DNA of 64,000 bases from a virus (taxonomy: Duplodnaviria; Caudoviricetes), in the IMG/VR virus record IMGVR_UViG_2885028616_000003, positions 1 to 64,000 of that record, one strand, 5' to 3'. The position numbers and the translations under genes were made by a program. Every line of letters starts with the position of its first letter. Position 1 is the first letter of the stretch. Below, piece by piece: positions 55,120 to 64,000 of this stretch. Below the pieces are notes generated by a model. The model saw nothing but the letters and a program-made list of their open reading frames with translations. It searched no databases and was not told the DNA's origin.

Positions 55120-55821
55120 TCAGCCGCCCTCGTCGATGCGGATCCGGAACTGGATGTGGTGGCCGCCGCCGGTCTCGGGCTGCGGCCACGCGCGCGGCTC
55201 ACCGTCGACCTCCCAGACGCGGCCGTCCCACTCCACCCGGTCCGTCACGCGCACGTCGGTGCCGGCGGCGACGAAGCACAGGTAGAAGCTGGTGACCTTG
55301 TCGCGGCCGCCGGTCTCCTCAATGGTGGAGCCCGGCTCGAGCCCGGCCGGCACGGTGGTGCGGGTCGCGTTCGCCCAGTCGAAGACGAGGCTGTTGCCGT
55401 ATCCGGTGACCAGCGGCGCCCGGACGATGGTGATCTCGTCGGACAGGACCGGCAGGCCGGCCATCTGGTCGTCGGCGTACAGGTCCCGCTCCCATTCCTG
55501 GGTGCCGTAGCGGACTTGCTTGACGATCAGGGTGCGGCCGACCAGGCCCCCGTCGACCGCTGCGGTGACGGTGACGACGTCACCGACCTCCACGGTGTCG
55601 GTGTCGTACCGGACCGTCACCAGGTACCGGACCACCAGGAGTTTCTGGTCGCCGATCATCGCGACCTCGTTGGAGCCGTCCGCGATGATCCGGCACGGGC
55701 CCGCGTAAACCTGGGTGGCGCCGCGGGTGATGGTGCACTCCCCCGTCATGGTCCCGGTCGCGACCGGACGGTGGTGCTGGCTCCAGTCAGGGTGGAACAC
55801 CCGCGTCGTGGGGAGCGGCAT
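55120..55821 (-). CDS. Head closure/adaptor, apparent two-domain fusion (DUF6093-like plus head-tail adaptor)
   Basis: W..HHRP...VY.GPCR; second domain YGN...DW...TDRVEW.G..WEVDGEP..W. Confidence 0.7.
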   Translation of the reverse strand: MPLPTTRVFHPDWSQHHRPVATGTMTGECTITRGATQVYAGPCRIIADGSNEVAMIGDQKLLVVRYLVTVRYDTDTVEVGDVVTVTAAVDGGLVGRTLIVKQVRYGTQEWERDLYADDQMAGLPVLSDEITIVRAPLVTGYGNSLVFDWANATRTTVPAGLEPGSTIEETGGRDKVTSFYLCFVAAGTDVRVTDRVEWDGRVWEVDGEPRAWPQPETGGGHHIQFRIRIDEGG

Positions 55822-56462
55822 CAGAACGACTCCAGCTCGGTGCCCTCAGGCCCGAGCACGCGGCTGAACGGGTCCACGAAGTCAACGACGTCGAAGAACC
55901 CGCCGATTTCGGGGTCTTCCTCGTTGGCCTGGCGGCGCAGCTCGGCGGCACGGGCCCGCAACTCCGCGGCGAGCTTCGCGCCGTCGGTGGTGAGGTCCTT
56001 GGTGCGGATGACCTTGGAGATCAGCGCCTCGGACGTCGCGATGACCCCGAGGGCGCTCGCCGCAGCGAGCTTGACGCTTCCGCCCTCCATCGCGAGGAAG
56101 TCAGCGAGCTCGTCCACGCGGAACGTGCGCGCTGTCGGGTCGGTGTCGGCGATGAGCAGCCGCACCCTGCGCAGATCGCTGGTGAGGGGCGGGGGTGCGG
56201 CGACGATGACGGTGTAGTGCTGCACACCGGCGCCGGTCCCGGTTGTGGTGAACACGGCGGTGTATTCGCCGGGGGTGGTGAGGGTGGGGCCGATGCCGGT
56301 CCAGGTCGCGCCGTCGTCGCCGGTCGTCATGGCGAACGACGTCGGCGTGCCGACCGCGCTGGTGATGGTCGCGCTCATCGCGGTCGTGCCGTCGGCCGGG
56401 TCAACAGCGACGGTGAACGCGGGGGCGTCGCCCGCGTCGATCTCGATCAGCCCCACGGTCAT
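55821..56462 (-). CDS. Head-tail connector with extra N-terminal beta domain
   Basis: VRLLIADT...F..DE...FL..EG.VKLAAA.AL..IA.SE...DLTTDG. Confidence 0.75.
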   Translation of the reverse strand: MTVGLIEIDAGDAPAFTVAVDPADGTTAMSATITSAVGTPTSFAMTTGDDGATWTGIGPTLTTPGEYTAVFTTTGTGAGVQHYTVIVAAPPPLTSDLRRVRLLIADTDPTARTFRVDELADFLAMEGGSVKLAAASALGVIATSEALISKVIRTKDLTTDGAKLAAELRARAAELRRQANEEDPEIGGFFDVVDFVDPFSRVLGPEGTELESF

Positions 56463-58039
56463 CGGGCGGACACCTCCAGTCGGGATCGGGGGGTCGCGGT
56501 GGCCGCCAGGCTGGTGCGCGCGGTCACCGTCAGCGCGGCAGAGGAGGCCGTGACGGCGATGGCCCCGGGTACGTCTGGTGGAGGGGCGCCGGTGGTGCTG
56601 CCGACGGCTGCGTCGGCCAGGGCGAGCATGTCGACCGCGGCGGCGTACAGGGTGACGGTGGCGGTCGCGGTGTCGTCCAGCACCACGCCGTCGTCGGCGG
56701 TCCGGGTGCGGCTGCCCACGGCGGTAGCGCTGCCGGTGAGGGTGAGCGTGTCGGCCACCGGCGCCCGCGCGGCGAGGATCCGCGCGGCGGTGTCGGTGAC
56801 GGTGAGCGTGTCGTCCGCAGTCACGGTGTGCCCGGTGAAGGCGTCGGCCACGTCGCCCAACTCGAGGCCGTCGTCGGCGGTCCGCGCGGTCGCGGTCGCG
56901 CGGCTGGTGGCGTCGGCGAGGGCGAGGCCTTCGGCGCAGGTGCGGTTGGTGGCCGTGGCCGCGGCGGCGGCGTCGGCCGCCGTGAGGGAGTCGGTGGCTG
57001 TCGCGGTGTGGCCGGTGAAGGCCTCGGCGGCGTCGGCCAGGCCGAGGCCCTCGGTGACGGGGCGGGAGGCTGCCCAGACGCGGGCTGGGCTGTCGTCGAG
57101 GGTGAGCTGGTCACTGCCAGCGCGGACGGCGGTGGTCGCCGCGGTGGCCGCGTCGGTGGCAGTGAGGGCGTCGCTCGCCGAGCGGGCCCCCGCACTTGCT
57201 CGGTTGGCCGCGTCGCCGAGCGTGAGGGCGTCAGTGCCAGCGCGCGCTCGGGTGCCCGATGCGCTGGCCGCATCCCCGACGGTGAGGGTGTCGGTGCCGG
57301 TCCGGGCGGTCGCAGCCGAGCGGCCCACGGAGTCGGTGAGGGTGAGGGTGTCGGTCGCGGTGCCGGTCGACGCGACGGCGGCGGTGGGGACCGCGAGCGT
57401 CCACGTCGTCACCCCGATCACCGCAGCCGACCCGATGAGGTTGTCGGGGGTGGCCGCGATGTTCGCAGCGTGGCTGGTGGTGAGGTCGTCGGCGATCCCG
57501 GAGAACGTGCCGCCCGACCCGCTGCCTGCGGAGCCTGAGTGGACGCGCACGGTGTAGGTGCTGCCGCCCGGGACCGACAGTGACGTCGACCCGGACGAGG
57601 ACCGCTCCCCCATCATCGTGACGATCACACAGGTCGCGATGGTGGGCGTCACCGCAGGGCACGGATGCGAGGTGACCGATGACGTCTCGTCCAGGAACGC
57701 GATCTTGTGGATGGGGGTGGCGGTGTCGACACCTCGCAGCACCCGCACCGAGAGGGTCTGCCGGTTCGTGCCCGCCGCCGTCACGCTGATGCTTCCGGAC
57801 TCCGAGCCCGTACAGACCCGGCTGTAGATCCGGCTCCGCATCGACCCGCTCGCGGAGTCGCGGGTTCCCTCGAGGGTCCACCCAGACGGATCACCGGTGA
57901 CCGTCTGCGCGGACCCGAGCGTCCAGATCAGATACGCGCAGTCGCCCGCCGCAGGGGTCGCGGTGAGGGCGGACCAGGCGAGGGTGAGGGTCTGGACGTT
58001 TCCGCCGGCAGTGCCGGTCGCGACGCCCGAGACCGCCAC
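56459..58039 (-). CDS. Fibre-like repeat protein
   Basis: N-terminal AGD...PSGWT domain then many ~20-aa D.LT.TD repeats. Confidence 0.7.
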   Translation of the reverse strand: MAVSGVATGTAGGNVQTLTLAWSALTATPAAGDCAYLIWTLGSAQTVTGDPSGWTLEGTRDSASGSMRSRIYSRVCTGSESGSISVTAAGTNRQTLSVRVLRGVDTATPIHKIAFLDETSSVTSHPCPAVTPTIATCVIVTMMGERSSSGSTSLSVPGGSTYTVRVHSGSAGSGSGGTFSGIADDLTTSHAANIAATPDNLIGSAAVIGVTTWTLAVPTAAVASTGTATDTLTLTDSVGRSAATARTGTDTLTVGDAASASGTRARAGTDALTLGDAANRASAGARSASDALTATDAATAATTAVRAGSDQLTLDDSPARVWAASRPVTEGLGLADAAEAFTGHTATATDSLTAADAAAAATATNRTCAEGLALADATSRATATARTADDGLELGDVADAFTGHTVTADDTLTVTDTAARILAARAPVADTLTLTGSATAVGSRTRTADDGVVLDDTATATVTLYAAAVDMLALADAAVGSTTGAPPPDVPGAIAVTASSAALTVTARTSLAATATPRSRLEVSAR

Positions 58040-58052
58040 CCCGCCACCCAGG

Positions 58053-58445
58053 TCAGGAAGCGGTGACGGTGTCGGTGATGGTGATGCTGTCGCCGCTGGC
58101 CGACAGCGTAGCCGTCGCGCTGAGCAGGGTCTCGTTCGTCATCGTCCCGCTCGACGCCGCATTGAAGATCCCGATCTTGGCGATGACCACTGGCAGTGAG
58201 TCGGACCCGTTCGCCGTGAATGTCTTGCTGAGGGTGGCTGTGGCCTGCCCGTTGGTGTGCGCGTACGTCGCCTGCGCCCGCACCAGCCCACCACCCGAAG
58301 TGGTGATCTCCCCCGACAGCGACGTGTTCGACGCCGACGGCGACGTGCTGTTCGCGGTCAGGGCGATGTAGTTCGCCGCGGCGGGCTGCGCGCTGGTGCC
58401 GTACACGCACGCCAGCGCGTGATCCCGGCCGCCGTTGGTCAGCAT
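58053..58445 (-). CDS. Structural protein (fibre-associated)
   Basis: LTN.G...YIAL...T.L.GE...R...GIFNAASSG.M. Confidence 0.7.
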   Translation of the reverse strand: MLTNGGRDHALACVYGTSAQPAAANYIALTANSTSPSASNTSLSGEITTSGGGLVRAQATYAHTNGQATATLSKTFTANGSDSLPVVIAKIGIFNAASSGTMTNETLLSATATLSASGDSITITDTVTAS

Positions 58446-58448
58446 CCC

Positions 58449-58757
58449 TCAGCCCTCCTCGTCCGGCTCGGGGTCGCGGACCTCGCAGCGGTAGTGCGCC
58501 GCGAGGAACTGAGCGACCGCCGGGTTCGTGGACGCCACCCACGCCGGCGCGCCATCGGAGTGGTACGCCCACGCCCCACCCGGCGCCGTGATCGTCGTGA
58601 AGATCTCACCGAGCGATGTCCCGGCCGGGGGCCGCACGGTGGTGCACCGCCGCCCTTCCGGCAGTGGCGTCCGCGTCACGGTGCCGTCGTCGCCGCGGCG
58701 GATGTCGACCGCGGCCCGGTTCCCCAGGTACACCACGACCTGCTCGTCGTCGCCCAT
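58449..58757 (-). CDS. Hypothetical protein
   Basis: W.YHS...PAWVAS...LA.HY.C. Confidence 0.7.
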   Translation of the reverse strand: MGDDEQVVVYLGNRAAVDIRRGDDGTVTRTPLPEGRRCTTVRPPAGTSLGEIFTTITAPGGAWAYHSDGAPAWVASTNPAVAQFLAAHYRCEVRDPEPDEEG

Positions 58758-58762
58758 GCTCG

Positions 58763-59005
58763 TCAGGTCTCGATGATCCCGGCGGCCCGCAGCGACGCGA
58801 GCAGCGAGTTCAGCTTGGTCTTCAGTTCGTTGATCAGGTCGGCTTCGGGCTGGCCGTACGTCGCGTCCGCGTTGGCGGTGGCGACGTCGGCGACGGCGTC
58901 GCCCTGGCTGAGGCCGCCCGCGTCGCCGAGCTGGGCGGCGGGGACGTGGCCGTCGGAATCGAGAGTGGCGAGCCCGTTCGGCTGGCCCTTGGCAGTGGAG
59001 CCCAC
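58763..59005 (-). CDS. Head-fibre-like protein
   Basis: GQPNGLATLD..G.VP..QL and KLNSLLASLRAAGII. Confidence 0.65.
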   Translation of the reverse strand: MGSTAKGQPNGLATLDSDGHVPAAQLGDAGGLSQGDAVADVATANADATYGQPEADLINELKTKLNSLLASLRAAGIIET

Positions 59006-59006
59006 G

Positions 59007-59261
59007 TCAGGCCCCCTTCCTGGATCGGGTGCGCGGCGCGCCCGCCTGTGCGGGTGCCTTGCGCGCGGAGGGCTTGCGGGCCGGCTCGGTGAGCGGCCGG
59101 GCCGGGGTGGCCGGTGGCGCAGGTTCCCGCAGTTCCACCGGCTCACCCTCGGCCGGGTCCGGCGCGGGTGCGGGGAGCCGGTCACGGATCTCGCCCAGCC
59201 GGTCGTGGATCGCGGCGAGGTACACGTCGGTGACCGTGACCGGCGGCGGCAGCGTGCTCAC
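59007..59261 (-). CDS. Small post-capsid protein
   Basis: LPPPVT..DVYLAAI; VELREP. Confidence 0.65.
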   Translation of the reverse strand: MSTLPPPVTVTDVYLAAIHDRLGEIRDRLPAPAPDPAEGEPVELREPAPPATPARPLTEPARKPSARKAPAQAGAPRTRSRKGA

Positions 59262-59292
59262 TGCCGCCTGCCTGCCCGTATCGCGAGGGTTG

Positions 59293-60453
59293 TCACGAAC
59301 CGGAACCGTTCGAGGCCACCGAGGACTTCGGGTCCATCAGCGTCCCGCCGAACACATACCGGACCTTGTAGTCGATGCTGTCGGTGCGGAAGTCGCCGTC
59401 CATCGGGTCGACCGCACCGCCACCGACGCGGACGGCGTTCGGGGACTGCATGAACAGTTCCGGGGTCTCGTGCCCGGTGAGGAACCCGATCTCCATCGCC
59501 GGGCGGCCCACGCTCGGGTTGGCGAACAGGTACCAGGCGGTGTTCCCCGAGGTGGAGTCGATGATCGGGAGCCACGGGTCCACGACCAGCTTGACCCTGT
59601 TCCGCATCCAGTTGGTGACGCGGAGCTGGTTGTTGCCGGTGCCGTCGCCGCCGCCAGCCGCGGCGATGATCTCGGTGGCGTTGATGATGTTCAGCGCCGT
59701 GATCTCCAGCGCCGGCGGCACGACCAGGGTGACGGCGTCGATGTAGATCGGGTTGCCGTCCGAGTCCTTCTGCGCGGCGAGGACCCGGAACGCGGTGTTC
59801 AGGCCCTCGATGCCCAGGGCGGGGTTGCCGGTGACCTGGTTGGCGTTGCCGGAGGAGTAGAACGTCGCGTTCGGGCCGCTGCTGGAGGCGAACAGGGTGG
59901 TGAAGAACTTCTCCTCGGAGAACTTCGCGGAGTTGGCGAGCCGGTCGGGCATGTCGCGCAGCGCGTCGAGGTCGTCGTTGATGAAGTCCTCCCACGTGAA
60001 GGGGAGGCGCTTGCCGAACTTCTTGACCGAGTACTCGTACTTGCCGTCGGTGACGGCGGCCGCCGGGTACTCGGTGTTCTGCGGCACCTCGTCCAGGACG
60101 GCCTCGCCGCCGTCGAGGGTGAACCGCTTGACCTTCCTGAAGTCCCGGACGCGGCCGCGGCGGGCGATCTGGTCCCACATCACGTTCCGGTGCTGGTACT
60201 TGGCCAGGAGCTGCCGGTCGAGGATGTCGGCGAACAGGTACTGGAAGTCGCTGGTGGTCATCGCCTCCTGGAGGCGGTCGACCTTCTGGCGGCCGTTGAG
60301 GACGTCGGCGTACAGGCGGCCGGCCTCCAGGAGCGCCCGCTTGTAGTTGGGGTCGTTGCGGCCGCCGCGGACCCGGCGGCCCTCCCGGGCGTACAGGGCG
60401 CGCTCGGAGGCGTCCCTGTGGTTGTAGCTCTCGATCAGGTCGAGGATTTCCAT
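59293..60453 (-). CDS. Major capsid protein (Mu gpT-like)
   Basis: TSDF, VRDF, EY, K.G....TWE.FINDDL, WYL.A.P, FL.G.E.P. Confidence 0.9.
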   Translation of the reverse strand: MEILDLIESYNHRDASERALYAREGRRVRGGRNDPNYKRALLEAGRLYADVLNGRQKVDRLQEAMTTSDFQYLFADILDRQLLAKYQHRNVMWDQIARRGRVRDFRKVKRFTLDGGEAVLDEVPQNTEYPAAAVTDGKYEYSVKKFGKRLPFTWEDFINDDLDALRDMPDRLANSAKFSEEKFFTTLFASSSGPNATFYSSGNANQVTGNPALGIEGLNTAFRVLAAQKDSDGNPIYIDAVTLVVPPALEITALNIINATEIIAAAGGGDGTGNNQLRVTNWMRNRVKLVVDPWLPIIDSTSGNTAWYLFANPSVGRPAMEIGFLTGHETPELFMQSPNAVRVGGGAVDPMDGDFRTDSIDYKVRYVFGGTLMDPKSSVASNGSGS

Positions 60454-60562
60454 GGGTGATCCTTCTGCTGCGGGCGCTCCGCGCCGAGGGCATGCGAAAG
60501 CCCCCGGACCCGTGGGGGCGGAGGCGAGGAGAAGAGAGGAGACCGCCGGGGCGGTCAGACGG

Positions 60563-60937
60563 TCAGTTGGACAGGCGGACCCGGATCGTGCCGGTCGCGC
60601 CGGCCGCGATGAGGTTCCCCGAGGTGTAGCCGGCGGGCTCGACCGCGTGGCCGACGAACCGGCCGCTGGAGGTCTTGGAGATCGGCGGGTCGTTGGCGTC
60701 GACGTAGTACAGCTTGTCGCCGGGCGCGACCGCGGAGTCGGATCCGGTGGTGCCCTTCACGCTCAGCAGGTGCACGCCCTGGAAGGTCACGGACGTCTTG
60801 CCGTTGGCGTCCTCGGTCGTGGTGGCGACGCCGACGAGCTCGCCGTAGCGGACCGGGTCGCCCGACACCGGGGACGTGGGGTGGGAGCAGGTGACCGACA
60901 GGTCGGCGCCCTGCTTGAAGACCTCGTTCTTCGCCAT
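60563..60937 (-). CDS. DUF2190-like capsid cement protein
   Basis: MAKN, SGDPV..G.L.GVA, GD.LY, G.A. Confidence 0.85.
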   Translation of the reverse strand: MAKNEVFKQGADLSVTCSHPTSPVSGDPVRYGELVGVATTTEDANGKTSVTFQGVHLLSVKGTTGSDSAVAPGDKLYYVDANDPPISKTSSGRFVGHAVEPAGYTSGNLIAAGATGTIRVRLSN

Positions 60938-60950
60938 GCTGCTGTCTCCT

Positions 60951-62732
60951 TCAGCGGCCCGTGGCCGCGATCTTCGCTTCGTCGGCGGTCATGCCGATGT
61001 CCTGGAGCGACTCGGCCAGCGCCTTGTCCAGGTCGCCGTCGCTGTCGCCCGCCGGGGTCGGGTCGGAGGTAAGGCCGCGGGGCAGGCCGTAGCCGCGGGC
61101 CTCGTCCAGCTCGGCCAGGTAGGACTTGTGGTCCTGGATCGCGGTCTTGACGGCCTCGCCGAAGGCGGTCTCGTCGAGGGCGCCGTCGTCGCCGGTCGGG
61201 AGCGTGACGGTGGCCTCGCGCAGGACGCGGGGGTGCGCCTGCGTCGGCAGCCCGGACGTGGCGAGCGACGCCTCGCACAGGGTGCGGGCGCGCACGAGGT
61301 TGTCGCGGGCCTGGTCGCGCTTGCCGGCCTCGGCGAGCGCGGTCTCCAGCGTCTCGATCTTCTGGCCCTGCGACTCGATGAGCTGCGCCGCCTGGTCCAG
61401 GCGGCCGATCGCCTCGTCGAGGCGGGTCTTGGTCGCGGCAGCCTCGTTGAGCGTGCTGAGCTGCTCGTCGCTGATCTCGGGCATCGCGCCCTCCTTCATC
61501 GTCTTGGGCGCGGGCTTGCTGCCCGGCGCGTCCTTGGCCTTGGCCTTCTTGGCCTTCGGGTCGTCCTCGCCCTCACCGTCGGCGGGGGCGTCCTTGCCGG
61601 CATCGCCGGTGTCCTCGTCGTCCTTCTTGGCGAACAGGAAGGGCGGCTTCTTCCCCGCCTCCGACATCGGCTCCTGCCCGCCGTCCTCGTCGGGCGGGAA
61701 GGACCAGGGGCCGCGCTGATACAGCTGCGGCGCGTCCTTCTCCAGCCGGGCGACGAGTGTGCCGAGCGCGTCCCCAAGCGCCGAGGAGAGAGTGATGCGC
61801 TCGTCGCGGGTGAGGCGCCCGTCGCAGTACATGTCGTCGGCGAGGATCGTGAAGGCCGTGTGGGTGCGCGCTTCGATCCGGGCCCCGATCGTGGCGCCGG
61901 CCTCCCGCAGCTCCTCGCGGCTGGGCGGGACGGCCGACTCCTTCGCCGACGACTTCGTCCAGTCGGCGGGGATCAGGTCGCTCTTCCCGAGCGCCTTGGC
62001 GCGCTTGATGATGTGCGCGCGGATCTTGTCGTGGTCGGCGCCGCCGCGACCGACCGCGCGGATCGCGTTGCGGAGGTCCTGCTCGTCGGCGATCGGGTAC
62101 GCGGGGTCACCGTCGGGGTTCTTCATCGCGTGGCCCTTGCCGAGCATGGCCTTCATCTGGGCGGCGTCGTACTTCGCCTCCCACAGCCGCACGGCCTGAG
62201 CATTGGCGTCGGTCTGCTCGCGGGCGGACTCGATCAGCTCCAGCACCCGACCACCCGCTCCAGCGCGGGTGACCCAGTCGACGGAGATGCCCTCGTTCAG
62301 GGACTTCACGATCGGGCCCTCACGCCCTTCGGCCTCACCGTGCTCTGCGACACCCGTGGCCCTGATCGACAGGCCAACGTGTTCGGCGAACGTCGGGTTC
62401 AGCAGTTCCTGCCACTGCGGGAAGACCTGCACGTCCGCGACCAGACCGTTCTCGGCCTCGTCCCAGACGGGGTCGGAGACGAACACGCCTGCCCAGTCCT
62501 TCACTGACCGTTCCGGCCGCTCGGCGGACTCGGTCAGGGTCGGGTGGTCCAGGTATTGCTGGGTGCCTGCAGGCCAGACCTTGGGGCCGTCGCGCTCCAG
62601 TACCTCGGGGCCGTAATAGCCCGATGAGCCCCATCCCGCCCGGATCAGGAGCACTCGGTACCGGCCGGACCCGTCGCCCTTCGGAGTGAGGGTGGCAGTG
62701 GGGAACGCTTCGTTGAGCGTAAGCCGGTCCAT
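60951..62732 (-). CDS. Prohead protease/scaffold fusion
   Basis: GWGSSGYY, YLDHP, GLSI, SVDWVT.AGAGG; coiled-coil C-terminus. Confidence 0.85.
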   Translation of the reverse strand: MDRLTLNEAFPTATLTPKGDGSGRYRVLLIRAGWGSSGYYGPEVLERDGPKVWPAGTQQYLDHPTLTESAERPERSVKDWAGVFVSDPVWDEAENGLVADVQVFPQWQELLNPTFAEHVGLSIRATGVAEHGEAEGREGPIVKSLNEGISVDWVTRAGAGGRVLELIESAREQTDANAQAVRLWEAKYDAAQMKAMLGKGHAMKNPDGDPAYPIADEQDLRNAIRAVGRGGADHDKIRAHIIKRAKALGKSDLIPADWTKSSAKESAVPPSREELREAGATIGARIEARTHTAFTILADDMYCDGRLTRDERITLSSALGDALGTLVARLEKDAPQLYQRGPWSFPPDEDGGQEPMSEAGKKPPFLFAKKDDEDTGDAGKDAPADGEGEDDPKAKKAKAKDAPGSKPAPKTMKEGAMPEISDEQLSTLNEAAATKTRLDEAIGRLDQAAQLIESQGQKIETLETALAEAGKRDQARDNLVRARTLCEASLATSGLPTQAHPRVLREATVTLPTGDDGALDETAFGEAVKTAIQDHKSYLAELDEARGYGLPRGLTSDPTPAGDSDGDLDKALAESLQDIGMTADEAKIAATGR

Positions 62733-62991
62733 GGTCAGACCTCCGTATGGGGCGTGAGCTGCGTGGTCGAGGACGCGACGCTAGGTGGGACGGCCCCGTA
62801 CGGTCGCCGCATGGATGAAGAGCAGTGCCCCGAGGGGCTGTGGGAATGCCGGAGCATCCGGTGGTGAACGGGGTTGTGCTCTATGACCGCGTCACCGAGC
62901 GGACTTGCCCGAACGAGGCGGAGCACCAGCGGGCTGTCCAGCGTCGAAAGCCGGTCTACTTCTTCAAACCGCGCGAGGACGGCGACGGCTC

Positions 62992-63138
62992 CTAGCGGAT
63001 CCAGTCGCCGCTGGCGGGAAGGCCAGCCAGCGCCAGCAGGACGACGGCGGCGGCCAGCAGCGCGAGCTGCCAGCCGCGGTCGACGGCGGCCCAGACCAGC
63101 GCGATGACGGCGATGATGAGCGCTGCGAGCGTCATCAT
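62992..63138 (-). CDS. Small membrane protein
   Basis: Two hydrophobic segments; coupled. Confidence 0.6.
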   Translation of the reverse strand: MMTLAALIIAVIALVWAAVDRGWQLALLAAAVVLLALAGLPASGDWIR

Positions 63139-63488
63139 CGGACCGTCCTGCTGGCGAGCTCGGCCGCGGCCTGGGCGAGGCCCTGCAGCGCGGCCGCGGC
63201 GTCGCTGCACGCCATGGGCAGCCGGCGCACGGCGTCGGCGGCGGCGTGGTCGTCGCCGGGGTCGGTCTGGTTGAGGTCGTTGCAGCGGTCGACCAGGTCG
63301 TCGAGGGCGGCGCGGGTGTCCTCGCTGAACGCGCGGGCGTCGACCGCGATCTTGTTGGCCTGGTCGGCGTAGCTCTCGGACGCCTTCTGGTCCTCGGTCG
63401 GCGCCTTGTCCTCGGAGGCCTTGCTCTCGTTGGCCTTGTTCTTGGCCGGGGTCCGGTTCTGGCTGGTGTCGGTCTTGCGCGTGGCCAT
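63135..63488 (-). CDS. Hypothetical protein
   Basis: RBS GAGGAG; helical. Confidence 0.65.
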   Translation of the reverse strand: MATRKTDTSQNRTPAKNKANESKASEDKAPTEDQKASESYADQANKIAVDARAFSEDTRAALDDLVDRCNDLNQTDPGDDHAAADAVRRLPMACSDAAAALQGLAQAAAELASRTVR

Positions 63489-63499
63489 GCTGCTCCTCC

Positions 63500-64000
63500 T
63501 CAGGTGAGGTCTTTGAGCGGGACGACGGTGTACGAAGGGCGCCAGCCGGGGTTGTCGCGGCGCCGCGCGAGGTCTGTCCAGGCGACCTGGCCGGTGTCGA
63601 GCAGGTGCAGCCGGCCGGGGCCCATGATGCGGAGCTGGTCGGCGCGGGGCAGCGCACGGAACACGGCCTCGGCGTCCGGGGTCGCGTCGGTGGGCTCAGT
63701 GCCGGGGAGGCCGAGGTCGGCCCAGGATTTGAGGACGGGGACGCGGCGGCAGCGGCCGGCGGGGTGGTCGAGCGGCCCCGGTTCGGACAGCGGGTAGGTC
63801 GTGCCGTGCAGCGCCCAGCAGCTCGGGCATACATCGGTGTCCAGGCGGGAGATCCAAGCCCAGCCGGACAGCAGGTCCGCGGCCGTGTCCTGGGTAGCTT
63901 GGGCGGCGGCGCGGTGCGCGTCCATGATCTCGGTGCGGGCGACCAGGAGCGTCCGGGCGAGCGCGGCGCTGGAGTGCTGCTGCGCGCCGTTGAGGACCTG
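63500..64000 (-). CDS. Minor head morphogenesis protein (Mu gpF-like), 5' truncated by window
   Basis: ARTE..DAHR, W...LD..CPSCW..HG, DHP.GRC..VP. Confidence 0.85.
   Translation of the reverse strand, partial: QVLNGAQQHSSAALARTLLVARTEIMDAHRAAAQATQDTAADLLSGWAWISRLDTDVCPSCWALHGTTYPLSEPGPLDHPAGRCRRVPVLKSWADLGLPGTEPTDATPDAEAVFRALPRADQLRIMGPGRLHLLDTGQVAWTDLARRRDNPGWRPSYTVVPLKDLT

Larger units (their letters stand above)
1..64000. mobile_element. Siphovirus-type prophage/phage-plasmid with an embedded TraB-type conjugation module; both ends outside the window
   Basis: Continuous head-tail-lysis module, phage early operon with replication initiator, FtsK/TraB module; no host housekeeping genes seen. 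Confidence 0.85.

Noticed and set aside
56600-57400. DGR template/variable repeats
   Set aside because: Degenerate protein-level repeats, no reverse transcriptase and no adenine-specific differences
1-64000. Long alternative ORFs in the track (e.g. 3952-5256, 37444-39216, 48185-50176, 60876-62507)
   Set aside because: Shadow frames of high-GC genes, low-complexity and overlapping better-supported CDSs
1-64000. tRNA/rRNA genes, introns, inteins
   Set aside because: No supporting motifs recognised by eye; tRNAscan/Infernal not run

Overview
High-GC actinomycete DNA (host lineage not determinable from sequence alone) that appears to lie wholly inside one large mobile element. The right part (37.7-64 kb, minus strand) is a canonical siphovirus late region: minor head, protease/scaffold, capsid, neck, tail and lysis genes; portal and terminase would lie beyond the window end. 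The left part (3.4-15 kb, minus strand) is a tightly packed phage early operon led by an iteron-containing, lambda-O-like replication initiator. Between them is an actinomycete conjugation module (divergent repressor with three operators, NUDT9-like Nudix, membrane/HTH Spd-like gene carrying a dense CCGTACGG palindrome array, TraB/FtsK translocase with clt-like repeats, tyrosine recombinase). An accessory block follows (RHH mini-regulon, SAM-methyltransferase/DUF397/XRE triad, solo intact TnpB, GntR, GNAT, two HTH-TPR regulators, a LexA-box gene). Best overall reading (inference): a conjugative phage-plasmid or phage-AICE hybrid. No tRNA, rRNA, CRISPR array or att site was recognised. Family names are from motif recognition, not database searches.
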